Of a stretch of 64,000 bases of DNA, positions 25,624 through 35,900 are shown in pieces; position 1 is the first letter of the stretch; the number at the start of each line of letters is the position of its first letter. Source of the stretch: a virus (taxonomy: Duplodnaviria; Caudoviricetes). A model generated the notes under the pieces. It worked only from the letters and a program-made list of their open reading frames with translations, had not been told where the DNA came from and did no database searches. The position numbers and the translations under genes are program-made. The DNA is taken from positions 1 through 64,000 of the IMG/VR virus record IMGVR_UViG_3300032007_004013; one strand, given 5' to 3'.

Positions 25624-26052
25624 TTATTTCTTATTTCCGAACAGTTTCTTGTATCTTGCCGAATCGCTTTTAAGTACACCTTTTATCAAGTCAAGCTCTT
25701 TTCTAACTACAGGCATCAGCTTCTCAATTTCGTCAAGGTTGATGTTGTCTTTCAGCGCAATGAGAACTTCAAGCTGCGCGACAAGAAAATACGCCTTTCC
25801 TCGTGCCGTGAGGAAATAATCTCTGCGTCTTTGCGCTTCGTGCTGATTCGTGGGGTAAATCGAATTGCCCATTATCACATTCTCGAAAACATCTGTCGCG
25901 AGTTGCGATATTCTCTGACCTTTGTAGAACGTGAGTTTCTTTGGGATATTCTCGTCCTTCTTGCAAAACCGAGTGACTTTCACATCAAGCTCAAGTGCTG
26001 TTCTGAGGAACTCTGTATCTGCTACTCCTCGTAGGTATAATGGAACTGACAT
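25624..26052 (-). CDS. avd: DGR accessory variability determinant (Avd-like four-helix bundle)
   Basis: 142-aa basic helical protein, MSV...R...EF...IPK...Y pattern, between target gene and TR. Confidence 0.85.
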   Translation of the reverse strand: MSVPLYLRGVADTEFLRTALELDVKVTRFCKKDENIPKKLTFYKGQRISQLATDVFENVIMGNSIYPTNQHEAQRRRDYFLTARGKAYFLVAQLEVLIALKDNINLDEIEKLMPVVRKELDLIKGVLKSDSARYKKLFGNKK

Positions 26053-26070
26053 ATATTCTCCTTAAAAGCA

Positions 26071-26099
26071 ATATCTCGCTACACACGGTAGCGAGATAT
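26071..26099 (-). promoter_or_regulatory. DGR target-recognition hairpin downstream of VR1
   Basis: Perfect 12-bp stem ATATCTCGCTAC/GTAGCGAGATAT, loop CGTGT, 26 nt 3' of the TR-homologous end. Confidence 0.82.
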
Positions 26100-26111
26100 G
26101 AGATGGTAAGA

Positions 26112-29100
26112 TTAGGCAAGTGAGAAGCCGAACGACACGCCATACGAGTCGCTCGCGACGTTGCTGTACTCGTAGCCGTTGCTGGTGACAATCGCAAAGT
26201 TAGTGGTGTTGGACGACCACGGGGAGCGCAGCCACCAATTGTCGGCGGAACCGGTGCCGTTGTAATACTTCTTGATTCTCGAATTATTGTCCGTGAATAA
26301 GGAACACTTCAAGTCCTCTGCTTCTGAATCAACCTCGTACATATACGGATTCTCAGCTGTTCTGAAGCCGACCTCTGCCATAGAACGGAGGTACAGCCAA
26401 TCCTCTGAACTGATGATGTTAGCGGAAGTGTTACCTTGCGATGACAAGACAATAACCTTCGCGATCATCGTTTTCCAGTGTCTCGGCAATTCAGGGAAAG
26501 CGGTGTTGTTCAGCCAATTTCTCATAGCACAATCGCGCCAGCCGCCAACATTTGTGTTTCCGCTGTTCATCTGTCTTGTGGCGTTCATAATGCCGAGCAT
26601 ACCGAACGAAACAGGAGCGAAGTTTCCGCTGTTGTCAGCCAACTTGTAGTGGCTAAAGTGCTCTACGCGAAGTATGATTTCCGTGTCAGCAAACTTATTG
26701 GTCGAAACAAGAATTTTCACCTTGTCACCTTTGCTGAAGAAGTCTTTGCACCTGTTCGCTTTGATGATTCCGTAGAACTCAGCAAGCGTATATGCGCTGT
26801 TGTCGTTCGGGTTGTCACTGAACAGGTAATCGTAGGACACAGGTACGGAGCTGGGAAGGGTAGGAGTGATATACTGAGCATGAATATCCATGTCACTTAC
26901 GACGTTTACAGCTGCATTGTCGAATCCCATCCAGATTGTGCCTGCCGGACCTGAGAGATCATTTCCTTCGTAATCGCAGCTTCCGTGTGTTTCAACGTTG
27001 TGCGTTTCGAGGAGTGTCGAGCCGTCGTAATACCTGACTACAAATATTCTCGTGCTGCGGTTATAAGTAGCGGTCAACGTTGTGTTCGCGTTGATGTTTT
27101 CAAGCGAGCCGTTCCAACCTGTAAACGTGTACTGATAATCTACAGTAGGCGTTTTGGTCGGCGTTTGGATTGCGCCGGAAGCTACAGGATTGACAGCATT
27201 GTTTCCTGCTCTTACAGTTTCTGTGTAAAGAGTTGTGCCGTCATCATTAACGAACGTGACTGTATAAGTTTCGACTATCTGATCGTAGTCGAAGGTGAGG
27301 TAGGGGAAAGCTGCGATAAGCGTCCTGATTTCGTCCTCGGTAATCTTGTTGATATGAGCGTAACCGCTGAGGAAGAATGAGCCTGCTTCTTCAATCGGAT
27401 TTCCTTCTGCGTCGATACCTTTCAAGGTTGCAAGACGAGTAAGCACGTCAGCGTCAGCAAACGACCAATTCACATTTGTGATTCGTCCTCTAATGAGGTT
27501 GGGCGCGTTAGCTACAAGCGTATCAGAAGGAACGCCGGGGCTGTCTTCTACCAAAATCGTTGTCAAGCTGTTTCCTGCACACGAGAAATTCGCTGACGTA
27601 AGGTTAGGAAGATTTCTTGCGTGAAGCGTTCTGACATTCGTTCCGAGAATCGCTTTCCTCAAGATCTTGCTTTGCGGCAGATAAACGTCTGTAGTGCCTG
27701 TTCCTGCAATCATCACTTCTTCAAGAAGGTTGCAGCGTGTCAGATTGAGCGCGCCTGAGATGCCACTTTGTCCTCTAAGGTCAATGACTCTCAAAAGAGG
27801 AACATTAGGCTTATCTGCCGGGTTTAGTGCAAGGCTTTTGAGGTTGCTTGAACTGTAGGTTTCTCCGCCGAGCAGAAGATCGCGCAGCTTTTCGCCGTTA
27901 GTGATATTGACCTGACCGGGATAGAGGTTGGCTGCTCCTCCAACGTGCATAAGATTTCTGCCGTTGAACAGCTGAACATTGACCTCACCTGCTGACAAGA
28001 CAAACGGATCTCCGTTACCGTCAAGGCACTGGACAATAGCGGTTTCGCCCTTTGTCATTCTTCTGCTTCCTGCCGGAGTGTTATCTCTGAGGAATCCGAC
28101 GTACATATCGCTGTATGGCGTAAGTTCGAGTGCTGACGAGAAGTTTGCTCCGGGCATCGCCTGATATGTAATCAGATCGCTTTTCGCTTTGGCACTGACA
28201 TATTTGGAGGATATGAACAGCTCTCTGTATGTGATAAACTGTTCACGCTGAGGTCTTTTCTCACCGTGCTCCATGTTCTCCATCCAGCTTGTGTTTCCTG
28301 CGTTTTCGATCGGCGCGTCGTACTTGCCTGCGTAGTCTTCGATAACGAGAGCTTCAGGGCGCTGGCGCTGATATTCGTCGAAGAACTCAATCAAAGTTTC
28401 TGCATCAAACAGTTTGCGGTTTTCGTAAACGCTGTACGCAACTGCAAGCTCGTTCTGGAAGCAATCTCTTACGTTGCAGAACAGTACACTTTCCGCCGCG
28501 TTGAAGTACGGGTGCGTGTTGCCGTCTTCTTCGTCAGTGTAGCCGTCTGTATCTTCGATGCTGTAGGCTTCACCCCATCTGAACTGTCCTTTGTTGTCAA
28601 TACCGAGAATTGTATCTCCGTCGTAATACTTGCTCAGGTTCCAACGCCATACATCGTTTTCGTCAGGCTCGTAGGAAAGGAACATGTTTTTCGCTCTCTG
28701 ATCTACGCCGAGGAAGAACTCAGTGAACAGGTAGTAGTACAGCAGATTATCGAGATTGAAGTAGTCGCCCACCTCTCTCTTGAACTTCGCTCTGCGGTAT
28801 GCAGCTGTATCTCTGACGTGGATATCAAATCTGTCGCTGACATCGAGCGTTTCGTTTGTTGCCTGTTCGGGGTCAGTTGAGTTCACCCAATGGTGCATTT
28901 CAATGAAGCGGTCCTTCATGGCCTGAGTGCCTTCGCCATCAGGGTATCTGAACTCAAAATGAGAGGGAAGATCGGTTCCATCTTCCTTCCAACCTTCGTT
29001 CTCGAAATCGCTCGTCTTAAACGTGCAGCGCGTGTAGGTGTTCTCGCGGAACTCTATGCAGCACTGCTGATGGTTTTCGTCGTCCCACTGACTTGTCTGA

Positions 29101-32100
29101 CCGAATACTTCCGTATTCTTCTTGCTGTTGTTCATGTCTCCTGCAAAGTACAGGATAGTTTCGTCGGGCGCAAGCGTTCTTGCGCCGTTTACGCCGAGAA
29201 GCAGAGGTCTGTTGCTTGTGTTCTTGATGAACACAGCACACGGATGTCCTTCAACAGAATCTCTGCACTTGCTGTTCACGCTTTTCGCCTTTGAGACAAG
29301 CGGATTGAAAGCATTAAACAGCTCTGCCGAACACACGTTGTTGCAATGCTCTGATGAAGCTACATTCGCCTTCAGATTGAAATACTTCACAGGGATAGAG
29401 TTCGCAGACATCGCGTAGCCGTTAAGGATTGCGTCGGTGCTTGAAACCTTCATCGTGGTCTTCTTCATGTTGATATCGAGGTTTCCTGCACATTGACGGT
29501 AGTTCATAGAGCTTGTACCCTGCAAGGTGTAGAAAGCGTTATCAGCGTACCACTGATCTTCCGCAACGCCGTTGCCGATTTGGTGGATAATCTTACAGCT
29601 TGTGTTGCCGCCGCTTCCTTTATCTCCGGGGAATCCGCCTGTTTCGATCGTGATGATGTGGAGGGCAGGCGCTGCTACCATCAGCTTTTCAATGCTGATC
29701 GTGCCGTCGCTGTTGTAGATGTCGTTTCTCTCGTATCTTGCAAGCATTTCATCTACGTTTGGAGCGTCAGCGATGAAGTTCTGCATGATTTCTTTATCGA
29801 GAAGCGAAACTCTGTACATCTTGAAGCGATACACCCAAATATCACAGTCAGAGCTTCCGATTACAAAAGCATCGGGATTGCCCTGTACAAACTGCGTTTT
29901 TGTGCTTCCGGTGAGGAACGTGGTTCCTTTTGCAGGAGTTCCTTCAAGCCAAAACTTCATCGAAGATTTTGTCGGGTCGATGTTCAGACACATCTCAACC
30001 TGTCTGTTTTCGCAGTATTGGCATGTGATGTTGTTTCCTGCTCCGAACAATGCGTTGTGAGCGTACAGCTCAATTCCCATTCCGCTGTCATAGGAGTGGG
30101 CGATCTTTGTATCGTAGTTCGTGACGTTGGTTGTCTTGAAAATCATCGACAGGTGTTTACCCGTTCCTGTAACGCCTGTTTCGCCGTTGGTGTTATCACT
30201 TGCAAGGAACAGTGAACGGTCAAACGTGACACTTGTTCCTCTCTTGACTACGAAGGCGACTGCTCCGTTTTCGTCGCGCTGGAATCCGCCGTTATCCCAA
30301 TCAAAGTTCGCGGAATAGGTGAGTGGATGATTCGTTCCGCTGCTGTCTGAGTAACCGAAGTTTGATCTGTTTTCTTCTGAGTTGCTATGACCGGAGGGGT
30401 TCAGGTCCATGATGATTCCATCGGTGATCGGAGAAACATCTATGCCGATGGACTGAACGGTTACATCTATCTTCTTTGACACTGAACCTCTTACGGTAGT
30501 AATGCGAAGCTCTTTGTCGCCGAGAGTGGTCGGGCGGTATGTCCATATCTGAACATCTCTTCCGACGCTCAGACTTGACACAACGGTATTGTCTACTTTC
30601 TGAGTAACTGCGGAAACAGCATTTTCAGGGTCGTAGGCAATCCACTTAATCTCAACATTTTCGTACTGACGTGCAGCAAGTTCGTCCTTGAAGATGGCTA
30701 CAATAGGCGTGTTGTTTCCATCCTCAATCCATACGCCTGTGTGCTCAAGAGTCGGGACTTCGATAAGCTCTCCGTCAATCGTCATACTCATGCTGGCTTC
30801 GATAACGTGAGCGCCGTGAGTCTGAGCAGGTACTTGAATCGTAATAGGTCTGTTGTTGAGCGTAACGCCTTGCTGTGAGTAAACAGATGTGCCGTCTACA
30901 GTTACGGTAATATCTTTGCTACCTGCGCCTGACGGTGTAACTCTCAGTGTAAGCGGCTCACTTCCGTGGAAAGCAATGTCTGCTATATTCCAACTCAACG
31001 CAACATTCGACAAGGTGATCGTCCAAGTGAACGATTTTGTCGTTCCGTAGGCATCCTCTACAGTGAGCTTGACGGTGTTTGTCTCACCTGCAAGGTGAGG
31101 TCTGATATCGAAGCTATGCTGCGCTTGCGTGAGGTTTGTTTCGGTAGCTACGCGGTAATTGTTTACATACCAATACGCAGTACCATTACCTTGCGTAGGC
31201 TGGTTTGTATCAGCGTCAAGGCTCACCCACGACCAAAGCAAATTAAACTGCTCTGTTGTGGTGAGAACAGTCAACCTCGCTGACTGCATACCGTTGGTGA
31301 TTCTAACCTTTGAATCGGCAGCAGTACCGCTCCCGCTTCCGGCAGGAATGTCGAACGGTGTAAATCCTTCGATATCCTGATCGTTCAGCGTGAGGTGGAG
31401 CTTTCCGTCCTCGACGTAGCCTGAATCAAAGGCAAGTCCGCCTGTTCCGCTGCCGCTTCCAAGAGGAATCGGGTCGCCTACAGCATGACCGTTGCTGTAC
31501 AGAATCAGGTCGTTGTATTCTTCGTCGATATCAAAGCCGTCGATCAATGTTCTGTTCGACAAGCTGTTAAGGGCTGTAGATATCGCTGATACTGTATTAC
31601 TGAGAGCCGTTACGCTTGCTGTATCTGCTTTTGTCGTCAACTGAGTGTAAATATATGCGATGGCTTTAATCGCCAAATCAGCAGTGTTTCCGGCAGTTCC
31701 GTAATGGGCTGTTACGCCTTGCGGAATGGCTCCGCTATCAATCCTGAAGCTGCCTTCTTCTCTCGCAAAATATACATCAGTGAGATTGGGGCATCCGGCG
31801 AATGAGCCGCCGTCAACGCTCGTTACGTCCTTGTGAACATATATCGTTTTTGCTGTTCCTGAGAAATTGCCTGCCGACAAGGAATTGCCGTTGACAATCT
31901 TTACAGGTACGTTGTTTGCATCGAATCCGACACTCAAACAGTACCCATAGAGTGAAGCTGCATCGCTTGGAGAAATGACTTGCGTTTTGTTAGCTTTTTG
32001 GGCTATGGAAGTTTCAAGCGTGTCAACGATATCGTCAACGTCTTCGGCTGTGTAGTACGCTCTTAAAACAGCATAAACAAAAACCCTAACTGCGTTCGAG

Positions 32101-32777
32101 TTAGGGAAAAGGACATTATCCGCCGTTGTTGTTTGCTTGCTTACTGCGATCTCGCCGGATTTGTGCTCGACTTTCTCATAGGAAGCTGATTCAGCTCGAA
32201 TATCTGCAACCGCCGCGTTCGCTGTGTTCGCTGCCGTGTTTGCTGCGTCTTTTGCGTCTTCTGCATCCTGCACAACAGACGCAAGATCTTCTACAAGGTC
32301 GTTGATTTCATCCTCAGCTTCCGCAATAGCTTGTCTGCTGCTGTCTATCTCAAGAAACGCTCTTGTCAAGGTCGAAAGCTCGTTACTTGACTGTACAGAT
32401 GTACTCAACGCTCTCTCTTCAATCCTGAGTTTGCAGTTTGCAGATGACAGCAATGTTCCGTCAGCTTCGCTCGATATGACGAAATCAAGCGTACCTAAGC
32501 CCGGCGCTGCAAGAGCCTGTTCTGACAGCTTCGCTACAGCATATGATCTATCCTGAGCGATCTCGCAGGCATCATCATCCATAACGCTGTAACCATCTGG
32601 CTTTAACACCCTGATCGTCACCTTATGTCCTTCCGGGATAGTAACAGGCGCTTTGTTGTCCGTAAAGCGAACCTTGACATATCTGCTCACATCACACTGC
32701 TTCGCGTACACGATCGCGGTGTTGCTTTTCGCATTAAGGTCAAGCGTCACTTCGGAGATGTATTTCATCTCTGCCAT
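26112..32777 (-). CDS. Large tail adhesin / DGR target (BppU-like N-terminus, Ig/LamG-like, CotH-kinase-like, LRR, InlB-B/Flg_new repeats, C-terminal DUF6273/C-type-lectin-like domain)
   Basis: 2221 aa; AKQCDVSR..V..KPDG (BppU); YTVTFVN.DG..L....V...FTGW repeats; VR1 at the 3' end. Confidence 0.85.
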   Translation of the reverse strand: MAEMKYISEVTLDLNAKSNTAIVYAKQCDVSRYVKVRFTDNKAPVTIPEGHKVTIRVLKPDGYSVMDDDACEIAQDRSYAVAKLSEQALAAPGLGTLDFVISSEADGTLLSSANCKLRIEERALSTSVQSSNELSTLTRAFLEIDSSRQAIAEAEDEINDLVEDLASVVQDAEDAKDAANTAANTANAAVADIRAESASYEKVEHKSGEIAVSKQTTTADNVLFPNSNAVRVFVYAVLRAYYTAEDVDDIVDTLETSIAQKANKTQVISPSDAASLYGYCLSVGFDANNVPVKIVNGNSLSAGNFSGTAKTIYVHKDVTSVDGGSFAGCPNLTDVYFAREEGSFRIDSGAIPQGVTAHYGTAGNTADLAIKAIAYIYTQLTTKADTASVTALSNTVSAISTALNSLSNRTLIDGFDIDEEYNDLILYSNGHAVGDPIPLGSGSGTGGLAFDSGYVEDGKLHLTLNDQDIEGFTPFDIPAGSGSGTAADSKVRITNGMQSARLTVLTTTEQFNLLWSWVSLDADTNQPTQGNGTAYWYVNNYRVATETNLTQAQHSFDIRPHLAGETNTVKLTVEDAYGTTKSFTWTITLSNVALSWNIADIAFHGSEPLTLRVTPSGAGSKDITVTVDGTSVYSQQGVTLNNRPITIQVPAQTHGAHVIEASMSMTIDGELIEVPTLEHTGVWIEDGNNTPIVAIFKDELAARQYENVEIKWIAYDPENAVSAVTQKVDNTVVSSLSVGRDVQIWTYRPTTLGDKELRITTVRGSVSKKIDVTVQSIGIDVSPITDGIIMDLNPSGHSNSEENRSNFGYSDSSGTNHPLTYSANFDWDNGGFQRDENGAVAFVVKRGTSVTFDRSLFLASDNTNGETGVTGTGKHLSMIFKTTNVTNYDTKIAHSYDSGMGIELYAHNALFGAGNNITCQYCENRQVEMCLNIDPTKSSMKFWLEGTPAKGTTFLTGSTKTQFVQGNPDAFVIGSSDCDIWVYRFKMYRVSLLDKEIMQNFIADAPNVDEMLARYERNDIYNSDGTISIEKLMVAAPALHIITIETGGFPGDKGSGGNTSCKIIHQIGNGVAEDQWYADNAFYTLQGTSSMNYRQCAGNLDINMKKTTMKVSSTDAILNGYAMSANSIPVKYFNLKANVASSEHCNNVCSAELFNAFNPLVSKAKSVNSKCRDSVEGHPCAVFIKNTSNRPLLLGVNGARTLAPDETILYFAGDMNNSKKNTEVFGQTSQWDDENHQQCCIEFRENTYTRCTFKTSDFENEGWKEDGTDLPSHFEFRYPDGEGTQAMKDRFIEMHHWVNSTDPEQATNETLDVSDRFDIHVRDTAAYRRAKFKREVGDYFNLDNLLYYYLFTEFFLGVDQRAKNMFLSYEPDENDVWRWNLSKYYDGDTILGIDNKGQFRWGEAYSIEDTDGYTDEEDGNTHPYFNAAESVLFCNVRDCFQNELAVAYSVYENRKLFDAETLIEFFDEYQRQRPEALVIEDYAGKYDAPIENAGNTSWMENMEHGEKRPQREQFITYRELFISSKYVSAKAKSDLITYQAMPGANFSSALELTPYSDMYVGFLRDNTPAGSRRMTKGETAIVQCLDGNGDPFVLSAGEVNVQLFNGRNLMHVGGAANLYPGQVNITNGEKLRDLLLGGETYSSSNLKSLALNPADKPNVPLLRVIDLRGQSGISGALNLTRCNLLEEVMIAGTGTTDVYLPQSKILRKAILGTNVRTLHARNLPNLTSANFSCAGNSLTTILVEDSPGVPSDTLVANAPNLIRGRITNVNWSFADADVLTRLATLKGIDAEGNPIEEAGSFFLSGYAHINKITEDEIRTLIAAFPYLTFDYDQIVETYTVTFVNDDGTTLYTETVRAGNNAVNPVASGAIQTPTKTPTVDYQYTFTGWNGSLENINANTTLTATYNRSTRIFVVRYYDGSTLLETHNVETHGSCDYEGNDLSGPAGTIWMGFDNAAVNVVSDMDIHAQYITPTLPSSVPVSYDYLFSDNPNDNSAYTLAEFYGIIKANRCKDFFSKGDKVKILVSTNKFADTEIILRVEHFSHYKLADNSGNFAPVSFGMLGIMNATRQMNSGNTNVGGWRDCAMRNWLNNTAFPELPRHWKTMIAKVIVLSSQGNTSANIISSEDWLYLRSMAEVGFRTAENPYMYEVDSEAEDLKCSLFTDNNSRIKKYYNGTGSADNWWLRSPWSSNTTNFAIVTSNGYEYSNVASDSYGVSFGFSLA
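26126..26253 (-). repeat. DGR variable repeat VR1
   Basis: 128-bp match to TR with 11 mismatches, all at TR adenines. Confidence 0.96.
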
Positions 32778-32969
32778 TTACTTCTCCTCCTGTGATTTTT
32801 TTTCTGTTATCAGGTCGATAACTTCTTGCTTTCTGATTTCAGCAAGCAGGTCGGTTACGACACATTCAAACAAGAACGGAGGGAGCTTCGTCTCCTTAAC
32901 TATCTGGTTAAACGCTTCGTAAACCTTGAGCTTCGCTTCCTCGATCGCAACCATAAGGGATTTTTCCAT
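32778..32969 (-). CDS. small hypothetical tail-region protein
   Basis: 63 aa, abuts both neighbours. Confidence 0.7.
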   Translation of the reverse strand: MEKSLMVAIEEAKLKVYEAFNQIVKETKLPPFLFECVVTDLLAEIRKQEVIDLITEKKSQEEK

Positions 32970-35900
32970 TATTCTTCTTCCTCCTCTGAATTATCGTTGT
33001 CGTTTTCCGAATCTTCGGCAGGCAGACTTATGGGCTGAGAAACAACCTCGCTATCTCCGCTTGCTCCGACAGGATCGCCTGCATAGTGGTGCGCCCATTG
33101 CGCTTCTTTGGTTAAATCAAGAGCTGCTTTCGTGTACGTCGTACCTGTGTAAGTTCCGGCTTGGAGCTGTTCAACTTGCGATGAAAGCTCCTGAATTGCC
33201 TTGATCGCGTAGTAAATCAGGTTCGACGTTTTGATGCTTTTGATTCCTGCTACATTATCTGCTTCTACAAGCTCAGGGGCTTCAACTTCAAGCTGTTGGG
33301 CGATAATTCCTATAGGAACATACTCTTCCGAACCGCACCATTCAAACTCCTTCATATCAATAGAATTTAGCACCTCAAGACCGTTGATCTGTGTAGGCGC
33401 GATGTTCTGCTTGATGCGAATGTCTGATTGGCTGTTTATACTTTTACCGTTCATGTTGATGTTGGAGTGGAAATTGACAGACGTGTTAGCCCAAACGGTA
33501 AAGCTACTTCCGTTAAAGGTTACTTTATTTGTGTAATCGTAACCTCCGTTATTGTTAAGCGCCCTTGTCCCAAAGGAAAACGAGCCTGCATATCCTACTC
33601 CTCCGCTGTTGTATTTTGCGATATTGTAGTAATTGTCAAGATAGAGATTACCGTTTGCGTAAGTGTCACACTCGAAGTATAGTCCTTTGTACCTGCCACT
33701 TCTTGATTTGTGATAATACGCTAACTTAACGCCGTAATTGGAATCACTGCTTGAATCCTTCGCAGCCCAGCACATATAACTCGAATTAGCTTCAAGGTCA
33801 AATACAAGACCTTTGTAGCTTTCTTCGCCGCTCCAATTATTTGTTCCTATCTTTCCGACTTCTTTTGTGTCGTCCTTGTGGAAGAAATGAGAGCCGTTAT
33901 AATCAAAGGTTGATTTCAACTTTTTACTTGAGCCTGTGCCGTCGTAAATCTTGAGTTTTCCGCCTTCAAACGCGACGTATTGGCTGATATTGTTCCATGC
34001 AATTTGCAAAGAATTATAGTCCTGCCATACTTTAGTGCCGATTTGGTCGTTGTAAACCACCTCAGAACTTATCTCCCCGACTTTCTGAGTTATTCTACTG
34101 AAGGTTTCTTTTACATTGCTTCGCGCGATCAGCGATATCTTCGTGATATAGAAGTCAATTCCTTCGTTATCGTCAAACCTCAAGCCAACACCAACAGGAT
34201 TTGACGGTAAGTTCATCTTGATGATTACCGTTTTGCTTTCACCTGCAACGAGCTCTATCTTGTTTTCTGCGTTCAATCCTACGGATTCTACGATATTAGC
34301 GCTCGGTATAGCTCTGCAAGAGTTTCTGCTACTAACAATTCTACAATCAGCAGGAGATATAACGCAGTCGTTGGTTGCATACAAGGTTACTGAGAAATAA
34401 TACGGCTGGCTGAATTTCAGCTTTATCTCGTCAGATATTTCGATTTTCATAATAGCGTAGTAACTACCGCTGCCTGTCATCGAAACCTTGACGTTTCCGT
34501 TATCATCAATCGTGTTATCTCCGCTACCGCCACTGAAAATCCAATTCGTGTAAACATCGAAGTTCTCTGTTTCGAGTGTCATGCTTTCGGATTCAATGGT
34601 ATTGAAACCTTGAATCATCGAGGTGAGATTTCCGTTCTGAATAGTAAGTTCTTGCTGAACGTCGTCATACAGATCAGAGAACTGCTGTGCAAGGGCTGTT
34701 CTGTACTGCAACGAAAGAGCGGTAGCTTCGATCGTTCCTGCTTTTATTCGTTCGCCATCTAATTCTCCTACCGTGATGAAGTCTGCAACAATTTCACCTG
34801 CTGCTGTTATAGCGAGCGTGTAAGGTCCTGCATATCCGCTTGAACTGTGTGCGAGACCTACTTTATTCCATCTCCATACGTTTTCAGCCGTCGAAATATC
34901 AGGCTGGTCCATTACGAGGATTTCGTCAGGATAACCGTCGTTGTTGCTGTCATACAGCACGACATAACCTCCGACATTTCCGGTGATCGCGGCTGTCGCT
35001 CTCAGGATGGCTGCTTCGAGAGCAGTGATACTTTTGCTGAGGTTGTTCTCTGTGTCCTGCGCGAGCTTTGCCATCGAGGTTGTGATGTTGGTAGGCACTT
35101 TAGAAAGCGTTATCTTGTCTTTGTTGTGGTTTTCGGGGTATTCAACATATTCGACTACTCTGTGGTCTACGTTGATACCTCTGAGGTTGTCGATTAGAGT
35201 AAGGACTAAGTGCATCCTCATATCGAGAAAAGCGTAATCTGGATTCTGCTTTGCGAGATTGATTACATCGCACTCATACGTTCTGTTCGGATATCCTGAA
35301 TCAAACACTTTTGCCAAAGCGTCTGCAAGAAGGTTCTCCTTAACGGTGTATCGCTCGTCGCTCCAAACCGTTGCCATCCTTTTCTCGGTGTACTCAAAAC
35401 ACTCTACATAGTTGAGCAGGTACTTGTGATTACTGTCGTAATGAACTCCTTCGACAAGTCCGTATTTATCTATCAGGTCATTCGCAACCGACGCTCCAAC
35501 GATGGTTGTTCCGTCTTTACCTTTCGGATAAATAACAGTAATCAGATCTGTTGTATCTCCGTGAAACTTTACCTTCTTGAGGTTCAGCTCGTTTGTGAGA
35601 TACTTTCCTGATGGCTCCTCGTTTTCCTTTTTGTGGACTATAACCGTCTTTCTGAGTGTCTTCCACTGAAAGTAACAGCTGTACGTTGACATAAACTGAT
35701 TCAACAGATCGTAGTCTGTACAGTCCTCCATATCTACCGTTCTTCTGTAGGTGATTGAGCCGCCAAAAAACTGAATAGTCCATTCGTTTCCGAGAATGGC
35801 TCTCAGCTGCTGTGTGAGCGTCTTTGAGCCTGTAGAATAACTGCCAAAGTGCATTGTGGATTTCAAGAAATCCAGATTAAGCTTTGCATCAAACTTATCG

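Larger units (their letters stand above)
24057..26253 (-). mobile_element. Diversity-generating retroelement (VR1-hairpin-avd-TR-RT)
   Basis: BPP-1-like gene order; adenine-specific TR/VR differences. Confidence 0.97.

Noticed and set aside
25344-25679. 111-aa ORF spanning the TR
   Set aside because: Its Asn-rich translation simply reflects the TR codons; there is no convincing RBS, and it overlaps avd. TR works as RNA.
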